A stretch of 64,000 nucleotides of DNA, from contig OX597828.1 of assembly GCA_951406725.2 (NCBI GenBank), positions 27,094,001 through 27,158,000 on the forward strand, given 5' to 3'. Below the pieces are notes generated by a model. The model worked only from the letters and a program-made list of their open reading frames with translations. It had not been told where the DNA came from and searched no databases. The translations under genes and the position numbers were made by a program. Source of the DNA: Octopus vulgaris (Eukaryota). Shown in pieces: positions 53,871 to 64,000 of the stretch. The number at the start of each line of letters is the position of its first letter. Within the stretch, counting starts at the first letter, position 1.

Positions 53871-54157
53871 TGCCTTGTGAGTGGATTTGGTAGACGGAAA
53901 CTGAAAAGAAGCCTGTCGTATATATGTATATCTATATATATATATGTATGTGTTTGTGTGTCTGTGTTTGTCCCCCTAGCATTGCTTGACAACCTATGCT
54001 GGTGTGTTTACGTCCCCGTCACTTAGCGGTTCGGCTAAAGAGACCGATAGAATAAGTACTAGGCTTACAAAGAATAAGTCCCGGAGTCGAGTTGCTCGAC
54101 TAAAGGCGGTGCTCCAGCATGGCCACAGTCAAATGACTGAAACAAGTAAAAGAGTAA
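53871..54157 (+). mobile_element. SINE family C, 5'-truncated
   Basis: High similarity to 56100-56500. Confidence 0.9.
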
Positions 54158-54630
54158 ATGTTGTGATAGATGATGATATATGGTTGTGTGGTTAAGAAGC
54201 TTGCTTTGCAACTATGTGGATTTGCTTTCAGTCCCACTCTAGGGCACCTGGGGCAGGTGTCTTCTATTATCGCCCTGGACTGACTAAAACCATGTGAATG
54301 TATTTAATAGGTGGAAACTGAAAGAATCCCATCATATGTGTATGTTTCTGTCTCCGTGTCCTGATATTGTGTGATTGTTGTAAAATGATGGCCCTTGTCA
54401 AACAAGCAGTGTCAGTCATTGCTGATAATCTGCAAACACATATCTGGTCATGTATTAATATTACTTTGCTTATAAACAAGTGAGGGTTAGCAACAGGAAA
54501 GGCATCTGGTTGTAAAAACTCTGCCTCACATAATCTCTACCCAACACATGCAAATATGGGAAGGTGGGTGTTAAAATGATGATGACACATACATCGGAAC
54601 TCTATGAGTTTTTTTTTCTGTATTTTGCAG

Positions 54631-54702
54631 ACAAGGAAATATCACAACCTTTTGTCTCCCTGAAGAACCGCCAAAAGTAGAGAAGTCACAAGAAGAAGAC
54701 AA
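54631..54702 (+). CDS. Candidate 72-bp symmetric (phase 2) exon QGNITTFCLPEEPPKVEKSQEED, gene unidentified
   Basis: tttttttctgtattttgcag acceptor, AA|gtaagt donor, length divisible by 3, only one open frame. Confidence 0.65.
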
Positions 54703-55479
54703 GTAAGTAACAACATAAAACATATTCAGACATTTTCCTTCCTTTTTGGATTGTTTTTTTTCTTTAGATTTCAACTTTTATGCTTGTCTTCGCATATGTA
54801 TAGTTTTTTGTCTATTATTTTTATATATGTAAAATTTTTGTCTATTCTTTTTTTTTTGAATTCATCAAAAGGTGTGTGATTGGCAAAAGTGCTTAGAGTG
54901 AATAGACCTACTCTAAGCACTGTGCCTGTAGATTGGTGCACAACAGCTGGGGAAGGGTTTGTGTCCTTACTTGTCAGGGTAATCCTGGATCGGTGGGGTT
55001 CCTTGATCGACCTCAGATAGATGCAGACATCTTCTGCATCACAGATGTGTTCCCATATTTTCTGTACTCTGTGTACTTTTATCTCATTTCACAACCATAA
55101 CACTTTTCATCCTTCAAATTCTTGCAATTTCAAATTTTAAGGGATTATATCCTATTTTAATTCTTTATCCTCTTTCTTTACAATCCTGGAATCCAATGGA
55201 TATAATGGATCAAATAGTAAGCAGTTTTGTTTTTCCTTGTCTATTATTATTATTATTGTCATTATTATTATGTTTTGGAATGGAACACCTGCGATAGGTA
55301 AATGTATATTTATTCATAATGTCAAATGTTTACAGATTTTTTTTCTCTGTACATACCTTTTCCTCTTAGTCATAGTACACAGCCCTAATCCACCCAGTGT
55401 GGGTGTCTGTATCTATGAAGGTGAGCAACATGTACACTTATTTTATAACATTTCTCTAACCATTTTGCTTCCATGGCAC

Positions 55480-56060
55480 AATGCATGAGGAGCAACAATA
55501 CACTTTATTGAACTGACTGTCAATGATCTTCAGTGATTGCTGGGATTCCCACTTTTTCACCAGTGGCAATTTGATAGGTCTATCTGTTCTCTTTTAGCAA
55601 GGAAGGCAAAATTTTTTTCTTTCCCAGTTATATCATAGCAACAAGAATACAAATACCGGCTCTATTTAATCTATTTCTAATTCAATTCATAGATAAAAAA
55701 AAAAAGTTGAATTCCATTCATATGTCCTTATTTCAAGCAAAGCTGATCTTCTTCACTGTGATACCATATTTCCCAGAATACAAGTTGCAATACTGTATAG
55801 TGTAAAATTCTACTGTGAACATTCAAAACCATTTCACTTGGTATTTTTAGTCTTCCAAAATCTTCTTGGTGTACAGGTCAACCTACCCCCCCTCTTTTTT
55901 CCCCTTTTGGCGGTAGATTTTAGCCTGCAAATTGTCATAGATTTTCAGAAAGTTCATTGATCCCTGTTCATTTTTTAATGTTTCCTGCATCAAATATGTT
56001 ATCACTTGGCTATTGTTTTTTCCTGCTGATGGTGTCTCTGAATTATTTCATCTCTAAAAG
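55480..56060 (-). pseudogene. Possible heavily decayed LINE (AP-endonuclease region)
   Basis: Fragments such as LNVHS..KYGI..NRAGICILVA; weak. Confidence 0.25.
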
Positions 56061-56099
56061 ATTTCATTTTCCTACTCTCAAAAATTTAGTCTTTGTTCA

Positions 56100-56500
56100 G
56101 GCAGGAGTGGCTGTGTGGTAAGTAGCTTGCCTACCAACCACATGGTTCCGGGTTCAGTCCCACTGCGTGGCACCTTGGGCAAGTGTCTTCTACTATAGCC
56201 TCGGGCCGACCAAAGCCTTGTGAGTGGATTTGGAAGACAGAAACTGAAAGAAGCCCGTCGTATATATGTATTTATATATATGTGCGTGTACGTTTGTGTG
56301 TCTGTGTTTGTCCCCTAGCATTGCTTGACAACCGATGCTGGTGTGTTTATGTCCCCGTCACTTAGCGGTTCGACAAAAGAGACCGATAGAATAAGTACTG
56401 GGCTTACAAAGAATAAGTCCCGGGGTTCAGTTGCTCGACTAAATGCGGTGCTCCAGCATGGCCGCAGTCAACTGACTGAAACAAGTAAAAGAGTAAAGAG
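56100..56500 (+). mobile_element. SINE family C, full length and young
   Basis: CpGs retained; complete head, TA run and tail. Confidence 0.92.
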
Positions 56501-56868
56501 TAGAGTAAGTTAAGAATAAAACTGAAACTTGTCAGAATTTACCTCTCACTCTTCCAAACTTGGATCAATCAGATGGAATTTGTGAGGCGGATTTTCCTCT
56601 TATTCTCAACTATTCTGTCCACCTATAACTACTCAATTTCATTATCACTTTGGATCATTACACCTTGCTTAGCAGCATTTTTATCAGGCTTTACGTTGAG
56701 TTCAAATTCGGCACAGGTTGACTTTGCCTTTCATCTTTCCAGGGTTCATAAAATAAGTATTAGTTGAGCACTGGAGTTAATGTTGTTGACTAACTCCCTC
56801 CCTTAGAAATTTCAGGCCTCGTGCCTATAGTAGAAAGGATTATTATTATTATTATTATTATTATTATT

Positions 56869-57393
56869 GAGTGAGAGAGCAGTGCAATCCATCAAAGTGA
56901 CACTGGGGTAAAATATACGAAGCCCAGTATACCCGTCATGACTAGGCACATGCATATCACACAACCATATGTGCGCAACATGGTGATCTCATATCAAGAT
57001 AAACAGCACATGACCTTGCAGGTGGTGCCCAATTAGAATTTTTCTTCTGGTCGTGTCACCCATCCTACTCAAAAGGTCCCTGAATAAGGTTTGTTTAAGG
57101 ATGTTGAACGAAACACCCATGTTTCCAGAGGTGAATTATTCAAACCCCAAAGAATCCCTCTCAACACATGGCTATGATGCTCCCCAACTACTTCTGCTCG
57201 TGATCAGATATGCACATATCATCAGCCACTAAGGTTATGGTCAAACAACTGACAAGCAAATCTGTGGTATTGTGCAGAATATTTGCTGTAGCCCATCTTT
57301 TATACCAAAACAAAACAACGTACATGATAACACTTAAGATCAGAAGCCACGTGAGCCACTGCCTGCTACTGCATCAGGTCATAGCCACTGCCT

Positions 57394-57394
<1 letters not shown>
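56869..57394 (-). mobile_element. ~525-bp non-coding insertion inside (ATT)n
   Basis: Flanked by (ATT)n on both sides; no TIR or ORF seen. Confidence 0.5.
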
Positions 57395-57431
<37 letters not shown>

Positions 57432-57433
<2 letters not shown>

Positions 57434-57600
57434 GGTGGTGAGCTGGCAGAACCATTGGCATGCTGGGAAAATGCTTGGCAGCATTTTGTCCATCTTCATC
57501 TTCTGAGTTCAAACTCTACCAAGGTCAACTTTACCTTTAATCCTTTTGGGGTCGATTGATTACCCCTCCCCCAAATTTCAGGCCTTGTACTTATAGTAGG
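57432..57600 (+). mobile_element. SINE family D with internal deletion
   Basis: aaggtggtgagctggcagaa...ctgagttcaaa...tttcaggccttgt. Confidence 0.8.
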
Positions 57601-57639
<39 letters not shown>

Positions 57640-57640
<1 letters not shown>

Positions 57641-57974
57641 GTTTGACTTTTGCTTTACATTTGCACAAGCTGGCTCCAAGTTTCACCCAGAGACCTCAAG
57701 AGACAACAAGTTGGAAGTTCATGTTGGTGTTATGCCTAGGGTGCTATATATTTGGTTTTGTACTTCGTGTTGTACTAGTGAATGCCTAAAAAAACCATAT
57801 GAAAATTATGTTTTTTTTAAAAACTTGAGATTACAAAGAAAGTATTTTGCGTAGGATATGAGCAGTTCCCATGAGCACTATCTTTTGAATTTCTGCCATT
57901 TTGGGGTTTCCTGGTATCTGAGTTAGGTAACAATCAGCCCCTTTTGCTATCATTCCCAGGGCACCTATGACAAG
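57640..57974 (-). mobile_element. 3' end of an R4/Dong-like RLE non-LTR retrotransposon in (TAA)n
   Basis: LVIGALGMIAKG...EIQKIVLMGTAHILRKILSL* (57974-57831) plus 3' UTR; (TAA)n on both sides. Confidence 0.8.
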
Positions 57975-58639
57975 TATTATTATTATTATCATTATTATCA
58001 TTATTATTATTATGACAGTGGATAAACAGCATCTATAGAAGAATCACTAGAATTCAAGCCAAAAAATATTGCGTTACATTTAATTACACTTCTTTTATTA
58101 TATACAGAGTTCAAATCCACCTGAGAATGATTTTGTCTTTTATTTATCAGGGGTTGGGTGCATTGATAAAATAAAGTAGCAGTCAAGCACTCCTTCTCTC
58201 ACAATGCTCAGCTATCCATCTATATTAAAAAATTAATTATCATAATCATCGTTTCAATTTTATATATATTTATTTACTTTTTAATTTTCATGACTTGTTT
58301 ACCATTGTAATTTCTGTCACTCATTTTTAATTTCTATTTTCCTGGTTTGATTTTATTTTACTTTTTTTTTCTTTTTTTTTTTTTACCTTTTTTTTGTTCT
58401 CTATATTTGTTTTACTGACAATCATTTGAATAATTGAATTTTAGTATATTGCTATATTTGTACATACATATACATCTGCATGCATCTATCTATCTATCTA
58501 TTTTATGTGTGTCTATAAACATACATATGTGCATTTATATATGCGTACACACCCACCCACACACACACGCACACACACATACAGATAGACTTTCTGGGTT
58601 TCTCTTTTTGTTTATGTTAAAATTTGTCTATAATCTCAG

Positions 58640-58669
58640 GAACAACATTTTCATCCATTATTTTACAAG
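58640..58669 (+). CDS. Candidate 30-bp exon (NNIFIHYFT in phase 2)
   Basis: ctcag acceptor after a T-rich tract, AAG|gtaaga donor; phase compatible with 54631-54702. Confidence 0.45.
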
Positions 58670-59422
58670 GTAAGAACAGGTTGGCAAGAAGGAACAGGAA
58701 AAGAAGAGGATGGAGGAGAGACAGCAAAGGGGGTGGGGCAGGGACAGAGAAAAAGGAGCAGTTGTACATGGGGAGAAACGTGAAAATAGCTGATTCCCTA
58801 CCTGGATTATTTATTTCTTTATCCCCCAACCTTTTCCACCCTTCCCACACTTTATTATTTCTGTGAAGGTGGCTGATTTTCTCTCCCCCTGCTCTTTTTT
58901 TTTTTTTTATGCACTATTTTTATACTTTCAGTTAGTATTCTTTATAAATAAACATTAAACAATACCGTTCTTTAGGCAGCTCCGGTTCTTTTCCCCCCTC
59001 CCCACACCCCCTCCTTTCTTATACTTTCATTATTTTATTAATTTTATTTATCTACTTTTTTGTCATTCTTAAATTTTTTTTTGTTATATTTTATTTGTGA
59101 AACATTTTGGGTTTTTTTTCTCGTTTTGCAGTTTTGTTTTGTTTTGTTTTTCTTTGTTTGGTGAGGATAATTTTGTTATTTGTATTTTATCCAGCTCCTT
59201 CGGAGTTACTCCTGTTCTCCTTTCCGCCCTACTCCCATGATTTGAATAAAGGCAAAAAAACAAACAAAAATATGACCCCTAAAAAACCCACAAAAAACAT
59301 TAAGTTAGTAATTACTTCTGTTAGCATCACAATGAATGTTTAACAAATATTATTGGTAGTTTAGCTGGAGATTCAATGAAATATAGAAATACAAAATATA
59401 TATGTAATACATACGTACATAC

Positions 59423-59462
<40 letters not shown>

Positions 59463-59699
59463 AACTCTTCTGCATTGCTTTTTTTTTACTTTTTGTGTTG
59501 TATTCCCTCCCATTTTTGAAAGGTTTTGTTTTGCTTACCAAAACAAAACTCATCTCTCTTTAGACAATTCCTTGAATAAATTGAATTGGAATAATCAATA
59601 TCCCTTATGTCTACATCTATCTTTTCCATTTCTTTGTGTGTGTTTCTGTATGTGTGAGTGTGTATGTGTATATATATGTATGTTATATATATATATATA

Positions 59700-59716
59700 T
59701 ATATACATAAATATGT

Positions 59717-59748
<32 letters not shown>

Positions 59749-59929
59749 AATATGTTATATATATATATATATAGATGCATACATATGTTATATATATATA
59801 TATAGATATATAGATACATACATATATATATATGTAAATATATATATGTGTGTGTACAATATATATATATATATATATGTATATATTTATCCACATACAC
59901 ACAAACATGCATACATACATATATGCATG

Positions 59930-59999
<70 letters not shown>

Positions 60000-60147
60000 C
60001 ATGCATATATGTATGTATGCATGTTTGTGTGTATGTGGATAAATATATACATATATATATATATATATATATGTACACACACATATATATATTTACATAT
60101 ATATATATGTATGTATCTATATATATATATATATACATATGTATGCA

Positions 60148-60188
<41 letters not shown>

Positions 60189-60220
60189 GTATATATATAT
60201 ATATATAACATTTATGTATA
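59700..60220. repeat. ~520-bp inverted duplication centred on (TA)n at ~59955-59985
   Basis: tttatccacatacacacaaacatgcatacatacatatatgcatgtctc mirrored exactly; outer landmarks also mirrored. Confidence 0.9.
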
Positions 60221-60417
60221 TATATATATGAGAGAGAGAGAGAGATATGTCCAACCCATGCCTGCATTGTTCGGAAAGAATTTGCAGAGGTAGATCTTTT
60301 TAACAAATGGATACTTTTCCTGTTGCTAACCCTCACCTTTACCGTGATAAGCTTCTTTGAGCTGCCTCCTGATGAAAACTTATGTTGAACTTGGGAAAAT
60401 CATGCACGGCAAGGAGA

Positions 60418-61035
60418 TTTTTCCATTGACCCATTGACCACTTCTGATGGTCATTACAATTTTTATTCCCTATATTGATGGCAGAAAGGATAGGTTTTTG
60501 CCATAGCAGCACTCTCTTGATATCCAGCACTATGGAGATCACAATGAATAGGTTTGGTCAACACTGAATTTCCAAGGTGTTTATTCTACTTAGCAGTCAC
60601 TTTCATTTCGGTAGTTCTATGATTTTTGGAGACATTGCTTTTCTGAGCTCTACCATCCCTTTCTGAGAGTACACACTCCTGATTGGAATCATGTTTTACA
60701 GAACTCATTTTCCCTTGTTTTTGGAATGCTGTCATAATTCTAGAGACAATACCTCTCAAAACATAGAATAGTTCTGCATTTCTAGTGATTAAGGCTCCTG
60801 TCATTTCAGCTCCCACAATTTGCCCTCTCTGAAATTCATTAAGGCCACACATTTTATTATGTATAAATGAAAATCTCTTAAAGCAATAACATGTTGGAAC
60901 CTAGATGTTTAAAAACAATAAGATCTTGGGACCAAACTGTCAGCAATGCAATTCAAATTGTTATAAAGGACAAATCTTGATTAGAAAATACAATAACACA
61001 AGCACTGCTGTTTCCATTATTTTGTCCAATACCTA
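60418..61035 (-). mobile_element. Tc1-like transposon 5' fragment with decayed transposase (60852-60586 and on)
   Basis: LNEFQRGQIVGA..GA..T..AELF.V.R..VS.IMTA...GK.SS.K..LSERD.R....VSKNHRTT..KVTA; TIR-like (t)aggtattggacaaaataatggaaaca next to TA. Confidence 0.88.
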
Positions 61036-61040
61036 TATAC

Positions 61041-61093
<53 letters not shown>

Positions 61094-61131
61094 ATACACA
61101 CACATATATATATGTTTATATGTATACATAA

Positions 61132-61174
<43 letters not shown>

Positions 61175-61197
61175 TATATGTTTATATGTATACATAA

Positions 61198-61232
<35 letters not shown>

Positions 61233-61342
61233 TATATATGTTTATATGTATATGTATATATACACACACATATGTATATATATATGTTTATATGTATATA
61301 TAAATATATATATATATATACATGTATATATATATTTATATA

Positions 61343-61374
<32 letters not shown>

Positions 61375-61429
61375 CACATATATATATATGTTTATATGTA
61401 TATATATATATACATATATATATATATGT

Positions 61430-61470
<41 letters not shown>

Positions 61471-61480
61471 TATATGTGTG

Positions 61481-61511
<31 letters not shown>

Positions 61512-61520
61512 GTTTATATA

Positions 61521-61555
<35 letters not shown>

Positions 61556-62001
61556 GTTTATATATGTGTGTATATATATGTTTATATATGTGTGTATATA
61601 TATATATGTGTATATACACACATATATATATATATATGTTTATGTGTGTGTGTATATATATATATATATATACACACATATATATATATATATATATGTT
61701 TATATGTATGTATATATATAATGTTTATATGTATATATGTATATATATATATATATATGTATATAACACTTGCCCAGGGTGCTGTGCAATGGGACTGAAC
61801 CAAGAACCACTTCATTGGAAAGGAAACGTCTTAACTACACAGTGATGACTCCCTTCCTCCACACACACACACACACATGCCTCTGTGTATTTGTGTTCAA
61901 AAGGAACAATGTAGTGCAAAAAGTAACATACTTTGACATTAACAATAAATAGGACATCAACATAACAAAACACACATTTGTATCTATCTATTATATATAT
62001 A

Positions 62002-62044
<43 letters not shown>

Positions 62045-62109
62045 ATTTATATAAATAAAGTATGAAAACAAAATTTCATAAATGAGTTTACTCCTTGCAC
62101 TTGTGTATG

Positions 62110-62181
<72 letters not shown>

Positions 62182-62483
62182 TATTTATATATATATGGCT
62201 TGCATACATATTTTGTTTCCTCAAAATAACACAGATATCCAATTCATAATTATTCACAAATTCACTCTCGTTATGTCTGTTATTTTATTGCTGCTGTTTT
62301 CACTATTGTCTTTGAGAATTTATTTCATTTTGCTCTCCTTTTTGTTGGTACTGTTTTGCTTTTATTGTCGTCTCTTCTTTTTGTTTATTTTATTGTTTCA
62401 TTTTGTTTTCTCTCTCATTGTGATTTGAAATTCCCTGTAAGGTAAATATCGCTGGTAAAGTTATATGATTAATCATTTTTATG

Positions 62484-62539
<56 letters not shown>

Positions 62540-62566
62540 GTATATACATATATATATATATACATA

Positions 62567-62648
<82 letters not shown>

Positions 62649-62743
62649 TATATACATACATATATATATACATACATACATATATACATACATATATATA
62701 TATACATACATATATACATACATATATACATACATATATATAT

Positions 62744-62851
<108 letters not shown>

Positions 62852-63138
62852 CATATATATACATATGTATATATATATATATGTATGTCTTCTTTTATTT
62901 GAATCAATTCAACATACACCTATCTCTGTCTTTATGCAAGCCTTTCACTGTACACACACACTCTCCAATATACACTCACACACACTGTTACAAACATATG
63001 TAAATATTTAAATATCTACACACAAACACATATAGTGCAGACATCTATCTATCTATCTATCTATCGACATGTATGTAAAAATCTATCTGATCTCTCTCTC
63101 TCATATGTGTATGTATATATATATATGTATATATATAG

Positions 63139-63328
63139 GGAAAGTTTACGAAAAAAAACAAAAGACGAAGACAGGTGGTGTACAAAACAAACAGATGTAT
63201 TAGTATAACGCTCAGGAATAGAAAAAGTCTTTTACGTTTCGAGCCTATGCTCTTCTACAGAAAGGTACACAGAAAAAACAAGGAGAGAAAAAAATGTGTG
63301 TAATGGCTAACGATCTATCATGGCGACT
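63139..63328 (-). mobile_element. Penelope-like tail in (TA)n with HHR motif
   Basis: HHR then ttcctgagcgt..aatac, as at 21022-21260; TA runs on both sides. Confidence 0.65.
63229..63264 (-). ncRNA. Minimal type I hammerhead variant (CUGUAGA core)
   Basis: cttt-CTGTAGA-a-gagc(atag)gctc-GAAAC-GTA-aaag; all stems paired, GUA site. Confidence 0.7.
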
Positions 63329-63350
63329 ATATATATACATGGACACACAC

Positions 63351-63625
63351 AAGGTGTGATGGGTAAATCGTTGTCATTTTATATTTTCAATTTCATGCAT
63401 GCACATTATTTGATGTTGTTGACTACTCAGTATAGTAGGGTCAGTCGGGTATTGTCTGTAAGAAAAACAGCACCATGACACAATTCCTAGGAGGTAGTGC
63501 TCCCTTAGGTCAAGAGGGTGGCTGCTGTAAAACCCTTTGTTTGGCAACAGGAATCTGCACCATGCCACACGAGCAAGATAACCCAGTCATGGCTGTCAGA
63601 CAATTTCTGCAATTACATCACCCCT
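63351..63625. mobile_element. Possible Tc1/mariner-type MITE remnant
   Basis: aaggtgtgatgggtaaat ... aattacatcacccct imperfect TIRs. Confidence 0.35.
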
Positions 63626-64000
63626 AAACATTGGCACCTAGCTTCTCAAACTCTAACCCCACTTGATTATTAGTATGGGGCACAGTTGTGCTAGAGACCA
63701 ACAAAATTGCTTGTGACAAGGAAGTTGTGTTGTCAGTCATACAACTTATGGGTTCAGTTACTGAAATGAGCAGCATATTGTGCTGTTGGTCATTGCACTG
63801 CAGTTCATGTCACCTCAGCGTACTTGGCTTTTGAAGACTTTTGGAATGTAAATGTTCCTTACTTGAAAAACAGGTGTAGGGTGGCCACAATAAGAGCCTC
63901 TAACTCTTAAACCCTGCCTGAAAATCAGTTCTCACCCAAGCCTTGCTGGCATTGTAAAAAAAGGATGTTAAGCAAACAAACAAAAGAACCCAATATTCAA

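Noticed and set aside
62430-62460. Possible microexon after a pyrimidine tract
   Set aside because: 13 nt, not frame-preserving, weak splice sites.

Overview
Eukaryotic, very AT-rich, microsatellite-saturated non-coding DNA. The SINE families look like those of octopus, so I infer a cephalopod; this is not proven. It is probably largely intron of a + strand gene with a few small candidate exons (best: 54631-54702 and 58640-58669). Almost all ORFs in the track are artefacts of (TA)n/(CA)n/(ATC)n repeats. Real content: many copies of about five tRNA-derived SINE or LINE-tail families; TTAA (piggyBac-type), Tigger-like and hAT-like MITEs; decayed mariner and Tc1 transposases; 3' ends of a CR1/L2-group LINE and an R4/Dong-like RLE element; and a Penelope-like element (RT thumb + GIY-YIG) with a 5' inversion and TSD. 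The main discovery is a collection of hammerhead-ribozyme (HHR) motifs in Penelope-like tails. Several are minimal type I HHRs with palindromic stem III. Two unrelated repeat families (21368-21433; 21530-21591 with sisters at 22259-22307 and 39177-39238) contain all HHR strands in a non-circularly permuted, pseudoknotted order. All folds were done by eye and no database search was run.
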